A stretch of DNA of 64,000 bases from NCBI GenBank assembly GCA_048213135.1, contig PS015010.1:248001-312000 (forward strand). Reading direction: 5' to 3'. This document shows positions 48,620 through 59,397 of this stretch, piece after piece. The notes under the pieces are model-generated. The model was not told where the DNA came from, made no database searches, and was given only the letters and a program-made list of their open reading frames with translations. The DNA comes from Reclinomonas americana ATCC 50394. Its lineage: Eukaryota. Position numbers and translations under genes: made by a program. Numbering within the stretch: position 1 is the stretch's first letter; each line of letters opens with the position of its first letter.

Positions 48620-50128
48620 ATGTTGTTGCTGGGTATTGATCTGGGTACATCTTCGATAAAAGTAACTGTGGTGGATGCCGCTACGCAGGTGGCCATTGCG
48701 TCTGCGCAATACCCCGAAACCGAAGCTGATATCATTTCTCCTCATCCCGGCTGGGCCGAACAAAGTCCCGACCTGTGGTGGGAGAACATCAAGCAGGCTA
48801 TTTTGAAATGCAATGCCACCGGCTTGTATGACCCCATAGACATTGGCGCCATCGGTATCGCTTACCAGATGCACGGGCTGGTTCTTATCGATAAACAACA
48901 ACATGTACTGCGTAACGCGATCATCTGGTGCGACAGTCGTGCTGTACCGATTGGTAACGCCGCATTTGATCATATCGGGCATACCCGCTGCCTGGAACAT
49001 TTGCTGAACTCGCCGGGTAATTTCACCGCCAGCAAACTGGCCTGGGTAAAGGAACACGAACCTGCCGTTTACGAACGTATAGATAAAGTAATGCTACCCG
49101 GAGATTTTATCTCGATGAAATTTACCGGTGAATGCAATACAACCGTATCCGCTTTGTCGGAAGGCATCTTCTGGGATTTTGCAACGAACAGTCTTTCTGC
49201 TGATGTACTCAACTACTTTGGTTTTTCAAAAGATAGGTTCCCGGAAATACAGCCCTTGTTTGCACCGCACGGTTTGCTCAATGCTACAACCGCGGCGAGG
49301 CTGTCATTAAAAACAGGAATTCCTGTCGCTTACAAAGCCGGTGATCAGCCCAACAATGCTTTGTCGCTTAATGTGCTCAACCCCGGCGAAGTGGCTGCCA
49401 CGGCGGGTACCAGCGGGGTGATCTATGGCGTGAGCGATCAATTGGGTTTCGATTGGCAAAGCAGGATCAACAGTTTTGCGCATGTTAATCATCACGCATC
49501 CGGGCAAAACGACAACAGGATTGGCATATTACTTTGTATCAATGGTACCGGCATATTCAACCGGTGGATCAGGAACCTTGCAGGCGCAAGTTTGTCATAT
49601 CAAAGCCTCAACGAAGCGGCTGCCGTGATTCCTGCCGGAAGTGAAGGCCTGCTGGCACTGCCTTTCGGGAATGGTGCAGAACGCATGCTTAACAATGCCG
49701 AGATCGGCGCACATTTCAGCCAGCTCCATTTTACCACGCATTCTGTAGGCCATATGGTAAGGGCTGTACAGGAAGGGATCGCGTTCTCTTTCCGTTACGG
49801 GCTCGACATCATGCGGGAGAATGGTATGCAGCCCGGGGTCATCAGGGCAGGAAAAGCCAATATGTTCCTGAGCGAAGTATTTACCCGATCTTTTGTAAAC
49901 AGCACCGGCGTTGCCGTGGAATTTTATGAAGGCGATGGCAGCTTTGGTGCAGCCATCGGCGCGGGTATCGGTGCGGGTGTATATGCCAGCGCGGCAGAAG
50001 CAGCGCAATGCAGGAAGCCCGTAGGGATAGTAACCCCGGATGCGGCACAACAATATGAACCCTTGTACCAGCAATGGAAACAATGGTTACAACATCATCT
50101 CGATCAATTCAACAAAAGCGTTTCTTAA
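48620..50128 (+). CDS. xylB: Xylulokinase (FGGY family)
   Basis: LGIDLGTSSIK, YQMHGLV, IIWCD, GNFTASKL and AGDQ motifs; adjacent to xylA. Confidence 0.92.
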   Translation: MLLLGIDLGTSSIKVTVVDAATQVAIASAQYPETEADIISPHPGWAEQSPDLWWENIKQAILKCNATGLYDPIDIGAIGIAYQMHGLVLIDKQQHVLRNAIIWCDSRAVPIGNAAFDHIGHTRCLEHLLNSPGNFTASKLAWVKEHEPAVYERIDKVMLPGDFISMKFTGECNTTVSALSEGIFWDFATNSLSADVLNYFGFSKDRFPEIQPLFAPHGLLNATTAARLSLKTGIPVAYKAGDQPNNALSLNVLNPGEVAATAGTSGVIYGVSDQLGFDWQSRINSFAHVNHHASGQNDNRIGILLCINGTGIFNRWIRNLAGASLSYQSLNEAAAVIPAGSEGLLALPFGNGAERMLNNAEIGAHFSQLHFTTHSVGHMVRAVQEGIAFSFRYGLDIMRENGMQPGVIRAGKANMFLSEVFTRSFVNSTGVAVEFYEGDGSFGAAIGAGIGAGVYASAAEAAQCRKPVGIVTPDAAQQYEPLYQQWKQWLQHHLDQFNKSVS

Positions 50129-50146
50129 TATTTTAAAATCAGACTT

Positions 50147-51475
50147 ATGCCGGTAACAACAGGACAAAAAGAATTTTTCAAAGGTATAGATGCCATCAGG
50201 TATGAAGGGGTGGAAAGTGATAACCCGCTTGCCTTCCGGTGGTACGATGAAAACAGGGTAGTAGCAGGTAAGACCATGAAAGAATACCTCCGCTTCGCCT
50301 GCGCCTACTGGCACAGCTTCTGTGGCAACGGGGCGGATCCGTTCGGCGGACCTACGCATATTTTTGAATGGGATGCCAAAACAGATCCCGTGGAAAGAGC
50401 AAAAGATAAGGCCGATGCAGCGTTTGAGTTCATCACCAAACTGGGCCTGCCTTATTATTGCTTCCACGATGTGGATGTAGTGGATTATGGTAATGATGTC
50501 GCGGAAAATGAAAAAAGATTACAAACCTTAACTGCATACCTGTCAGAAAAGCAAACTGCCAGCGGAGTTAAATTATTATGGGGAACCGCCAACCTGTTCT
50601 CGCACAGGCGATACATGAATGGCGCTTCTACCAATCCCGACTTTCATGTGCTGGCTCACGGTGGCGCTCAGGTGAAGGCTGCGCTTGACGCCACCATTGC
50701 CCTTAAAGGAGAGAACTATGTGTTCTGGGGCGGTCGTGAAGGTTATATGAGTCTGCTCAACACCAATATGAAAAGGGAGAAAGAACACCTGGCCCGTTTC
50801 CTGCACATGGCTAAGGATTATGCCAGGGCCAATGGATTTACAGGTACGTTCTTTATCGAACCCAAACCTTGTGAGCCCAGCAAACACCAGTACGATTACG
50901 ACAGCGAAACGGTGATAGGCTTTCTTCGCCAGTACGATCTCATCAATGATTTCAAACTGAATATTGAAGTGAACCACGCCACACTGGCCGGGCATACGTT
51001 CCAGCACGAACTGCAGGCAGCTGCCGATGCCGGTGTGCTGGGCAGTATAGATGCTAACCGCGGCGATTACCAAAATGGCTGGGATACCGACCAGTTTCCC
51101 AACAACGTCAATGAACTGGTGGAAGCCATGCTCGTAATACTGGAAGCAGGCGGCTTTGGCGGAGGTGGTATTAATTTCGATGCCAAGATCAGGAGGAACT
51201 CAACCGACCCTGCGGATCTTTTCTATGCGCATATCGGCGGTATGGATTGTTTTGCCCGCTCCCTGCTCGCTGCCGATGCTATCCTCAATAAATCAGATTA
51301 CAGGAAGATAAGGACGGAAAGATATGCCAGCTTTGATTCCGGTAAAGGAGCTGAGTTTGAATCGGGTGCGCTGAAACTGGAAGACCTGAGAAACTATGCC
51401 GTTGAAAAAGGCGAGCCTGCTGTACTAAGCGGCAAACAGGAATTCCTCGAAAACCTGATTAACCGTTATATTTAA
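50147..51475 (+). CDS. xylA: Xylose isomerase (class II)
   Basis: [35 protein letters not shown] and GWDTDQF motifs. Confidence 0.98.
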   Translation: MPVTTGQKEFFKGIDAIRYEGVESDNPLAFRWYDENRVVAGKTMKEYLRFACAYWHSFCGNGADPFGGPTHIFEWDAKTDPVERAKDKADAAFEFITKLGLPYYCFHDVDVVDYGNDVAENEKRLQTLTAYLSEKQTASGVKLLWGTANLFSHRRYMNGASTNPDFHVLAHGGAQVKAALDATIALKGENYVFWGGREGYMSLLNTNMKREKEHLARFLHMAKDYARANGFTGTFFIEPKPCEPSKHQYDYDSETVIGFLRQYDLINDFKLNIEVNHATLAGHTFQHELQAAADAGVLGSIDANRGDYQNGWDTDQFPNNVNELVEAMLVILEAGGFGGGGINFDAKIRRNSTDPADLFYAHIGGMDCFARSLLAADAILNKSDYRKIRTERYASFDSGKGAEFESGALKLEDLRNYAVEKGEPAVLSGKQEFLENLINRYI

Positions 51476-51501
51476 CAGATCATTCAAACCACAACTGCTA
51501 T

Positions 51502-53172
51502 ATGAACCAACTGCAGACCAAAGACTACCTTGTTTTTCTTTTTTACTTCATCGTTGTAGCCGGCTATGGTTACTGGGTGTACCGCAGGAAAAAGAAAGCT
51601 ACCATTTCTGCTTCGCATGATTATTTTCTCGCTGAAGGATCACTTACGTGGTGGGCCATCGGCGCTTCGCTGATCGCATCGAATATTTCCGCTGAGCAGT
51701 TCATCGGCATGAGTGGTAACGGTTTTAAAATGGGGCTTGCCATTTCCACTTATGAGTGGATGGCCGCGGCCACGTTGATGATCGTCGCCATATTTTTCAT
51801 ACCGGTCTACCTGAAAAACAAGATATACACCATGCCGCAGTTCCTTAACCAGCGGTATAACAGTACCGTGGCCATGATCATGGCGGTGTTCTGGTTGTTG
51901 CTGTATGTGGTGGTGAACCTTACCTCAATTCTCTACCTCGGTGCGCTGGCCATTCACAGTATATCCGGAATCGGATTATCGTACTGCATGGCAGGCCTGG
52001 CCATTTTCGCGCTGGTGATCACGCTGGGCGGTATGAAGGTGATCGGCTATACCGATGTGATACAGGTATTCTTCCTGATCATTGGCGGACTGGCTGCAAC
52101 ATATATTGCCCTTAACCTGGTAGCGGAACAGTTTGGTTCCAGTGGCCTGTGGAATGGGTTTAAACTGTTAAAAGAAAAAGCACCGGAACATTTTCATATG
52201 GTCTTCGACAAGAGTAATGAGAACTATATGAGTCTTCCGGGGTTGACCATTCTTATTGGTGGTATGTGGATCGTAAACCTCAACTACTGGGGTTGCAACC
52301 AGTACATCACGCAACGTGCACTGGGCGCCGATCTGCCAACAGCACGCAAAGGCATACTCTTCGCTTCTTTCCTCAAATTGCTGATGCCGGTGATCGTGGT
52401 ATTGCCGGGTATTGCCGCCTATGTGCTGCACCAGAATGGCATGTTCCAGCAGGAGATGCTGAAAGACGGAGTGGTGAACCAGGATAACGCGTACTCTTCC
52501 ATCCTGAACCTGTTGCCCGTAGGATTGAAAGGACTTGCTTTCGCGGCGCTTACCGCTGCCATTGTGGCTTCGCTTGCGGGTAAGGCCAACAGCATCTCAA
52601 CCATCTTCACACTGGATATTTTCAAAAAGATCAAACCTGATGCAGATGAAGCGAAAATGGTAAAAGTAGGAAAGACAACTGTGGTCGTTTCGCTGCTCAT
52701 AGCGGTGCTTATCGCTCCTTTATTGGGCATCGATAAAAAAGGAGGCTTCGAATTCATCCAGGAGTATACCGGTTTTGTAAGCCCGGGTATCCTTGCGATG
52801 TTCCTCCTGGGCTTCTTCTGGAAAAAGACGACTTCCAACGCGGCGCTGTTCGCTACGGTTGGAGGATTCGCTTTTTCGGTTTTCTTTAAGTTCCTGCCTA
52901 AATTCATGAACCTTGCATTCCTGGAACCGTTCAATTTTGCCAAAGACAATGGCCAGGGCGTTTATGAAATACCCTTCCTTGATCGTATGGGATTTGTATT
53001 TTTGATTGCAGTAATTGGTATGGTGCTGATCAGCCTGTACGAAAACAAAAAAGGCATTCAACCCAAAGGGCTGGAAGTGGATAAGTCGATGTTCCGTTTG
53101 TCAACAGGCTTTGGAGTAGGCGTACTTATTGTCTGTGGTATATTGGCTGCCTTGTATACCATATTCTGGTAA
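51502..53172 (+). CDS. Sodium:sugar symporter (SSS family), probable xylose uptake
   Basis: DYFLA, ASNISAEQFIG, YTDVIQ and YWGCNQYITQRAL motifs; many TM helices. Confidence 0.92.
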   Translation: MNQLQTKDYLVFLFYFIVVAGYGYWVYRRKKKATISASHDYFLAEGSLTWWAIGASLIASNISAEQFIGMSGNGFKMGLAISTYEWMAAATLMIVAIFFIPVYLKNKIYTMPQFLNQRYNSTVAMIMAVFWLLLYVVVNLTSILYLGALAIHSISGIGLSYCMAGLAIFALVITLGGMKVIGYTDVIQVFFLIIGGLAATYIALNLVAEQFGSSGLWNGFKLLKEKAPEHFHMVFDKSNENYMSLPGLTILIGGMWIVNLNYWGCNQYITQRALGADLPTARKGILFASFLKLLMPVIVVLPGIAAYVLHQNGMFQQEMLKDGVVNQDNAYSSILNLLPVGLKGLAFAALTAAIVASLAGKANSISTIFTLDIFKKIKPDADEAKMVKVGKTTVVVSLLIAVLIAPLLGIDKKGGFEFIQEYTGFVSPGILAMFLLGFFWKKTTSNAALFATVGGFAFSVFFKFLPKFMNLAFLEPFNFAKDNGQGVYEIPFLDRMGFVFLIAVIGMVLISLYENKKGIQPKGLEVDKSMFRLSTGFGVGVLIVCGILAALYTIFW

Positions 53173-53218
53173 GATGCAGGCTGATGATGATGTACATAGT
53201 CCGGAGCCAAACGCATCA

Positions 53219-53246
53219 TAATTCGTAATCAGTAATTCGTAATTGA
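53219..53246 (+). repeat. Four tandem 7-mers TAATT(C/G)G-like
   Basis: taattcg taatcag taattcg taattga; same family as 60086-60155. Confidence 0.65.
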
Positions 53247-53261
53247 CCATTGAAACATCTC

Positions 53262-54425
53262 ATGACGCCAACCATGCGCTGGTTTGGCCCGAACGATACC
53301 GTCAGCCTTGCCTATATCCGCCAGAGCGGCTGTACCGGTGTGGTCACGGCACTTCATCATATACCGGTAGGGGAGGTGTGGACAGTGGAAGAGATCAGCC
53401 GGCGTAAACATATGATCGAAGAAGCAGGCATGGAATGGAAAGTGATTGAAAGTCTGCCTGTACACGAGGATATTAAAAAGCAAACCGGGGATTACCTGCG
53501 GTATATAGATAATTACAAACAGAGCCTTCGTAATGTGGCCGCGTGCGGACTGGAAGTAGTGACCTATAATTTTATGCCGGTTCTAGACTGGCTGCGTACC
53601 GATGTTTCGTATACCTTACCCGATGGTAGTAAAGCACTTTATTTTAACCGGGCAGCATTCATTGCTTTTGACCTTTACCTGCTGCAACGCCCCGGTGCGG
53701 TAAAAGAATACAGTGAACAGGAAAAAGAGAAAGCCGGGATCTTTTTCGACTCCATGAATGAAGATGAAAAAACTTCGCTGTTCCGCAATTGTATGCTGGG
53801 CTTGCCAGGCAGCGATGATGCTTTCACCTCGCCGCAAGTGTTATCGGCTTTACAACAATATGATGGTATTGGTCCGCAACAACTCAAACAACATCTTTTT
53901 TATTTTTTACAGGAGGTTGTTCCTGTGGCTGAGAGTTGCGGGCTGAAAATGGCTATTCATCCTGATGATCCGCCTTACCCGGTATTGGGACTACCCCGTA
54001 TCATGAGTACGGAAGCCGACGCGGTGGAAATGCTTGCGGCGGTATCCTCTCCGGCAAACGGGCTTTGCTTTTGTACAGGCTCCTTTGGCGCCCGGGCTGA
54101 TAATGATCTGCCCGGCATGATAACCCGTTTGGGAGATCGCATCCACTTCCTGCACCTGCGCAATACGCAACGCGATGCACAAGGGAATTTCTTTGAAGCC
54201 GATCACCTGGGCGGCGATGCCGATATGTATACGATCGTAAAGGAAATACTGCAGCTGATGCAGCGCAGGAAAATATCGTTGCCCATGCGCCCGGACCACG
54301 GGCACCAGATGCTTGATGACCTGCAGAAAAATGCTTACCCGGGTTACTCTGCCATTGGCCGGCTGAAAGGCCTGGCGGAATTACGCGGACTTGAACTGGG
54401 CATTGCCAAAGGATTACCGGCGTAG
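53262..54425 (+). CDS. uxuA: Mannonate dehydratase
   Basis: [40 protein letters not shown] and [11 protein letters not shown] motifs; alternative TTG start 53250. Confidence 0.97.
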   Translation: MTPTMRWFGPNDTVSLAYIRQSGCTGVVTALHHIPVGEVWTVEEISRRKHMIEEAGMEWKVIESLPVHEDIKKQTGDYLRYIDNYKQSLRNVAACGLEVVTYNFMPVLDWLRTDVSYTLPDGSKALYFNRAAFIAFDLYLLQRPGAVKEYSEQEKEKAGIFFDSMNEDEKTSLFRNCMLGLPGSDDAFTSPQVLSALQQYDGIGPQQLKQHLFYFLQEVVPVAESCGLKMAIHPDDPPYPVLGLPRIMSTEADAVEMLAAVSSPANGLCFCTGSFGARADNDLPGMITRLGDRIHFLHLRNTQRDAQGNFFEADHLGGDADMYTIVKEILQLMQRRKISLPMRPDHGHQMLDDLQKNAYPGYSAIGRLKGLAELRGLELGIAKGLPA

Positions 54426-54448
54426 CCAATTAAAATCTATATTGTACT

Positions 54449-55525
54449 ATGAACAACAGTGCCGATATACTTTCCAATCCTCCCGCACCGGAAGTGTTGC
54501 ACAGCCGCGTTACCTGTGAACATTTTGCAATAGTAAACGGACAGGTCACCTGGTTATTTACCCTCACTAATAAGAAAGGGCATTTTGTTAAGATCAGCAA
54601 TTACGGAGGAACCGTTACCGGCTGGGTGTCGGCTGACAAGGATGGCAAACTCACACACAATATCATTGGCTTTGATGACCCGCAGGTATATCTTCGACCA
54701 CATCCATTTTTTGGATCGCTGGTAGGACGTTATGCCAACCGTATTGCAGGCGGTAATTTCGAACTGGAAGGGAAAGCCTATCACCTGGTGGTTAATAACG
54801 GACCCAATCACCTGCATGGAGGTAATAATGGTTTCGACAAAGTGATATGGGAGCCATCAGTTGATGAGCATGGCGTACTGCATCTTTTCTACCTCAGCAA
54901 AGACGGGGAAGAAGGTTATCCCGGTAACCTGCAGGTGGGCGTTAGCTACCAGTTTACCGATGATGATGAACTGATTATTGAATACAGGGCTAAAACCGAT
55001 CAGCCTACACCCGTAAACCTTACCAATCACTGTTATTTCGACCTCAGCGGCAGGAACGAAAGTATACTGGACAATGAAATGAAAATAAATGCATCGCGGT
55101 ATACGAAGGTGGATGAAAACCTGGTGCCTACCGGCGAAATAGCACCGGTGCAAAATACTTTCCTTGATTTTACCAGTACAAAAAAGATAGGTGATCTGGA
55201 CACCGGTGAAGGATACGATCATAACTATGTGCTTGACCGTAACGGGAATGAACTCTTCGCCGCTGCAACAGTCACTGATCATCACTCAGGCAAAACACTC
55301 GAATTGTATACGACCGAACCGGGTGTGCAATTGTATACCGCCAACGGACTCGACGGTTCGTATATCAATCGCGAAGGATTGCCCATTCACAGCAAAACGG
55401 CTTTCTGTCTTGAGACACAGCATTTTCCCGATTCGCCCAACCAGCCATCTTTCCCCAATACCATATTGTACCCGGGTAAATTGTATGAGTCAAAAACGGT
55501 GTATGTGATTAGAAGTAAAAAGTAA
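54449..55525 (+). CDS. galM: Aldose 1-epimerase (mutarotase)
   Basis: GRYANRI, HLHGG, EEGYPGNL, NLTNHCYF, GYDHN and FCLETQHFPD motifs. Confidence 0.94.
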   Translation: MNNSADILSNPPAPEVLHSRVTCEHFAIVNGQVTWLFTLTNKKGHFVKISNYGGTVTGWVSADKDGKLTHNIIGFDDPQVYLRPHPFFGSLVGRYANRIAGGNFELEGKAYHLVVNNGPNHLHGGNNGFDKVIWEPSVDEHGVLHLFYLSKDGEEGYPGNLQVGVSYQFTDDDELIIEYRAKTDQPTPVNLTNHCYFDLSGRNESILDNEMKINASRYTKVDENLVPTGEIAPVQNTFLDFTSTKKIGDLDTGEGYDHNYVLDRNGNELFAAATVTDHHSGKTLELYTTEPGVQLYTANGLDGSYINREGLPIHSKTAFCLETQHFPDSPNQPSFPNTILYPGKLYESKTVYVIRSKK

Positions 55526-55544
55526 AAATTCAAAATTAAAAATT
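55513..55544 (+). repeat. A-rich 7-mer array overlapping the galM stop codon
   Basis: aagtaaaaagtaaaaattcaaaattaaaaatt; same family as the left arm at 2077-2110. Confidence 0.55.
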
Positions 55545-55547
55545 GGG

Positions 55548-55803
55548 TTGCGGTTGAATTTTTCACGCAAGGCTCGCGAAGGAGCAAAGACGCTGGGAGA
55601 GTATTTGAATTATCTCAGCGTTCTCTCGTTCTCTGCGGTAAAAAAATCTTCGCGTTTACTTAGCGTTCATCGTTGCTTTGCGGTCGGATTTTTCACGCAA
55701 GGCTCGCTAAGGAACAAAGCCGTTAAGTGCTATCTCTGCGTTCTCTTGTTCTCTGCGGTAAAAAATATTCACGTTTACTTTGTGTTCATCGTTGCTTTGC
55801 GGT
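55548..55803 (+). repeat. Two tandem copies of a 120-135 bp composite intergenic repeat
   Basis: Both copies contain TTTTTCACGCAAGGCTCGC-AAGGA-CAAAG, TATCTC-GCGTTCTCT-GTTCTCTGCGGTAAAAAA and GTTCATCGTTGCTTTGCGGT. Confidence 0.85.
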
Positions 55804-55825
55804 TAAATCTCTACTTTTACCCTCT

Positions 55826-56983
55826 ATGAGGATTACCAGATTATTCACGGAGTTTGTTGGCAGCGAAAAAGCCGGAGGGCTTATCCTTATTCTCTGCACA
55901 GCCGTTTCTCTTATCATTGCCAATTCATCTTGGCAGGCATCGTATATGTCGCTGTGGAACTACCCGGTAGCAGGACATACCCTCGTTCACTGGATCAACG
56001 ACGGTCTCATGACCATCTTCTTTCTTCTTATCGGCCTGGAACTGGAAAGAGAAGTATATGTTGGTGAATTGTCTGATCCTAAAAATGCGGTTCTGCCTGT
56101 AGCCGGCGCACTGGGTGGTATGATCGTACCCGCGTCCATTTATCTGTTCTTCAATTACGGAACAGCCACGCAATCAGGTGCAGGTATTCCCATGGCTACA
56201 GACATCGCTTTTGCATTGGGCATATTATCGTTACTCGGCTCCCGTGTACCGCCTGCATTAAAAGTATTCCTCACCGCGCTGGCGGTTATCGACGATCTCG
56301 GCGCTATACTCGTTATCGCCGTCTTCTATACCCAAACACTTTCCTGGTTATACCTTGGCATCGCGATCGGGGTGTGGCTGCTGTTGCTCCTGCTCAACCG
56401 GTTGAAAGTATATCATCTGCTGCCTTACCTGCTGGGGGGTATCGTTATGTGGTATTGTATGCTGCATTCGGGTGTGCATGCCACCATTACCGGTATATTG
56501 CTGGCCTTCGCCATACCTTTTGAAAAAGGAGATGAAGGTTCGGTATCCTACCGGCTGCAACATCATCTGCATATACCTGTCGCCTTTATCATACTGCCGC
56601 TTTTTGCACTGGCGAATACTGCCATTGTCATCAGCGGTAATCCGGTAACTCTTCTGCAATCAGCTTATGGTATGGGTATTCTTACCGGCCTCGTCGCAGG
56701 AAAAGTACTCGGTATTTCTCTCTTCTGTTTCCTGGCTGTAGTTGCCGGCGCCTGCAAATTACCGGAGGGTACCAGCTGGAAAAGTATCATTGCTACCGCT
56801 ATGCTCGGGGGGATTGGTTTTACCATGTCTATTTTTATCTGCCTGCTGGCCTTTACCGATAATGAGATCATCAACAACGCCAAATTCATAATACTCGCGG
56901 CTTCGCTATTAGCGGGCATTATCGGATTTGCGCTGCTGCGGGTATTTCTTCCCCACTATATAGCGAAACAACCCCAGGACTGA
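55826..56983 (+). CDS. nhaA: Na+/H+ antiporter NhaA
   Basis: WINDGLMTIFF, GLELERE, PMATDIAF, LAVIDDLG, SGVHAT and GIGFTMSIF motifs; the upstream ORF extension runs through the repeat and is spurious. Confidence 0.96.
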   Translation: MRITRLFTEFVGSEKAGGLILILCTAVSLIIANSSWQASYMSLWNYPVAGHTLVHWINDGLMTIFFLLIGLELEREVYVGELSDPKNAVLPVAGALGGMIVPASIYLFFNYGTATQSGAGIPMATDIAFALGILSLLGSRVPPALKVFLTALAVIDDLGAILVIAVFYTQTLSWLYLGIAIGVWLLLLLLNRLKVYHLLPYLLGGIVMWYCMLHSGVHATITGILLAFAIPFEKGDEGSVSYRLQHHLHIPVAFIILPLFALANTAIVISGNPVTLLQSAYGMGILTGLVAGKVLGISLFCFLAVVAGACKLPEGTSWKSIIATAMLGGIGFTMSIFICLLAFTDNEIINNAKFIILAASLLAGIIGFALLRVFLPHYIAKQPQD

Positions 56984-57080
56984 CCCCGTTAATTCTACGG
57001 GACCGTTCCCGTAATTCCCGGTAGAAAAAAAACTACATTTTTTTCGAATACTGTTCTATAGTCTGCTGTTTTTACGATCG

Positions 57081-57208
57081 TATCTTTGTACAGAATTTTC
57101 ATGTAAAGGATAGTTTGAGATCCACTCCCTATGAAACAGACCGTACTGATTCGAAATCACTAAAATCCTATCAGTTCCTTTGAAAAGCCCCGAACAAGGG
57201 GCTTTTTT
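57081..57208 (+). ncRNA. Candidate small RNA (or 10-aa sORF) with its own promoter and terminator
   Basis: TATCTTTG -7 element at 57081-57088, about 115 nt of potentially structured sequence, terminator at 57183-57208; no long ORF. Confidence 0.45.
57183..57208. terminator. Bidirectional rho-independent terminator
   Basis: AAAAGCCCC-gaacaa-GGGGCTTTTTT between convergent transcription units. Confidence 0.85.
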
Positions 57209-57253
57209 CTTTTTATACTCGTTCCAGTAATCGTGAATTGCAGATGAAGTAAC

Positions 57254-59182
57254 TCAGCCGGGCAGCAGGTCTGCCGATAAAGGAAATGTTATTGCCAGTT
57301 CACAACCGGCCCCGGGTTGCGATTGCAGGCTCACTTTTCCATTGCTGAGTTCTGCACGGCTGATGATGTTGCGGATGCCCACGCCGTTTCTTTTGGAGGC
57401 CGGGTCAAAACCATGACCGTCGTCTTTGATCACCAGCTCCAGTTTTTCATCATGTTGTGCCAGGCTGATGCTGACGTGTTCCGCCGCCGCATGTTTGATG
57501 ATGTTGTTCATCTGTTCCTGTGTAATGCGGAAGATGGTCAGTTTTAATTTATCCGAAAGCAGGTCTTCGTCGCACTGGTCATGTGTTATACTGATGTTGA
57601 TGCGGTTGAATTGCCGGATGGTATCTGCAAGATCGCCGATGGCCTGCAGCAGGCCCACTTCACCCAGCGATGGAGGCAACAGGGAACTGGAGAGCATCCT
57701 GATCTCCGCCATCGCTTTGTCGATCAGCAGTTTGCTTTCCTGCAGCATATCGTTCCTTACCTTTCCTTCGGCGAGCATACACTCCAGGTAGAGTTTGGTT
57801 GTAGCCAGTATCTGGTTAATATTATCGTGGAGTTCTTCTCCCAGTTTTTGTCTTTCTTTTTCCTGGCCGGTGATTATGGCTTCGGCCGTCTGCTGCTGGC
57901 GCAGTTGTCTTTCTTCTTTCAGCCTGTTCTCCAGTTTCACCTGTTCGGTAATATCCCGTTGGGTACCCCATGCCCGCCGGGAGTAGTCGCCTTCAATGAT
58001 CCCGATCATATTGTTGACAAATACCACATCGTTACCATTCCTGTCTGTTTCATAACTGATCTCTTCTGTTATTTTAAGACCGTTGCTGAAAAAGCGGTTG
58101 AGGTAGTTGATGTTGTTGGGGTTTTCCGGCGGCAGTATCTTATTAAGCGGTATGCCGATGATCTCTTCGGCTTTATTGAAACCATACATGCGGGCAAAGG
58201 CATCATTACATTCGGCTACCCAGGCATTGTTATAGCAGTAGTCAACCATCTCTTTGATGGATGCATGAATGTAAACAGGTTCCGCTATTTCCACCCGCCA
58301 GATGCCTTCCTTGCTTTGCTGTACAAACATTTTGTACCGCATTTCGCTTTCTTCAATCGCTTTCTGGGTTTGTTTGCGTGCGGTGATGTCTTCGGCGGCA
58401 CCGATCATACGCATAGCCTGGCCTGCTTCGTTACGCAGGACATACCCCCGGTCAAAAATATCAGCATAGTTTCCGTCGGGTTTCCGGAAACGGTATTCCA
58501 GGCTGAAGGAATTAGCGGAAGGGTCTTTTTTGCAGGCTTCCAGTTGCTGCATGACCTGCTCCCTGTCATCGGGATGGAGATAATCAGACCACAGGCCAAT
58601 GGTTTTGATGCTGTCGTTATTGCGGTGGCCGTATACTTTTTCCACGCCGGAACAATTGCGGAATATTTCGCCGGTAAGAAGGTCCCAGTCCCATACCAGG
58701 TCATTGGTGGCTTTCACTACCATGTCATAGCGGTCATTGCTCAGGCGTATATTCGCTTCCGTTATTTTTCTTTCGCTGATATCGGTGATCATTACGCTTA
58801 CCAGCTGGCGGCCGGGTGTACCGGTGAAGTGGAGCAGGGATATTTCAACAGGAAACTGCTGCCCGTTCTTACGGGTGCCCCTGGCTTCGGTAGTCACCTT
58901 GCCTGTCTTTTCCAGCTCGATCAGCGGGAGTATCAGGTCTTCGTCGGTATAATCAATGAGTTGCTGAAGTGTAAGTGCGGAGAATTCTTCCCGTGTATAG
59001 CCGAATACATCACTGGCGCACCCGTTGGCATCTACGATGTGGCCATTCGTAATACCCAGCAGGAATGCGTGGGATGACTGCATGATCGTTTCCCTGTACC
59101 AGGTCTCGGTAACAGGAGTGGAAGAAGAGGTAAGTGCTGTTGTTACGGGATCGGCCCGGAGCAACAGGTTCGTTTTTTTCAT
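57254..59182 (-). CDS. Soluble multi-PAS sensor histidine kinase (HisKA_3 type)
   Basis: Three PAS/PAC-like repeats (e.g. LVWDWDL...LHPDDRE); ERQKLGEELHDNINQ H-box; EQMNNIIKHA, DDGHGFD and GVGIRNI ATPase boxes; no TM helix. Confidence 0.93.
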   Translation of the reverse strand: MKKTNLLLRADPVTTALTSSSTPVTETWYRETIMQSSHAFLLGITNGHIVDANGCASDVFGYTREEFSALTLQQLIDYTDEDLILPLIELEKTGKVTTEARGTRKNGQQFPVEISLLHFTGTPGRQLVSVMITDISERKITEANIRLSNDRYDMVVKATNDLVWDWDLLTGEIFRNCSGVEKVYGHRNNDSIKTIGLWSDYLHPDDREQVMQQLEACKKDPSANSFSLEYRFRKPDGNYADIFDRGYVLRNEAGQAMRMIGAAEDITARKQTQKAIEESEMRYKMFVQQSKEGIWRVEIAEPVYIHASIKEMVDYCYNNAWVAECNDAFARMYGFNKAEEIIGIPLNKILPPENPNNINYLNRFFSNGLKITEEISYETDRNGNDVVFVNNMIGIIEGDYSRRAWGTQRDITEQVKLENRLKEERQLRQQQTAEAIITGQEKERQKLGEELHDNINQILATTKLYLECMLAEGKVRNDMLQESKLLIDKAMAEIRMLSSSLLPPSLGEVGLLQAIGDLADTIRQFNRINISITHDQCDEDLLSDKLKLTIFRITQEQMNNIIKHAAAEHVSISLAQHDEKLELVIKDDGHGFDPASKRNGVGIRNIISRAELSNGKVSLQSQPGAGCELAITFPLSADLLPG

Positions 59183-59397
59183 TCACGATTGGATTTAATC
59201 GGTGTGCGTTAAGGCATTTCTGGTGAATGCTTTTCCGCGTTGGTTTTCAAAGGATGGCCTGGTTAGCGGTTATCAGATTTAAAACGGGTCTTTCTGGTTT
59301 TCTGTAATACAGAGCCGGGAAATGTGCACGGCTAATATATTATAAAGCAAAGATTTACAAAATTCATTTTGCAGGATATAGACCGGACGCTTCTTTT

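Noticed and set aside
55548-55803. Possible CRISPR array
   Set aside because: Only two long diverged units, no constant repeat/unique spacer pattern and no cas genes in the window.
55548-55829. 93-aa ORF and the N-terminal extension of nhaA (from 55727)
   Set aside because: Both are read through the tandem repeat; NhaA homology begins at ATG 55826.
57581-59077. 498-aa plus-strand ORF; likewise other long antisense ORFs (6677-7576, 26718-27572, 38240-38986, 61900-62865)
   Set aside because: Shadow ORFs opposite well-supported genes, with no recognisable motifs; expected from codon bias.
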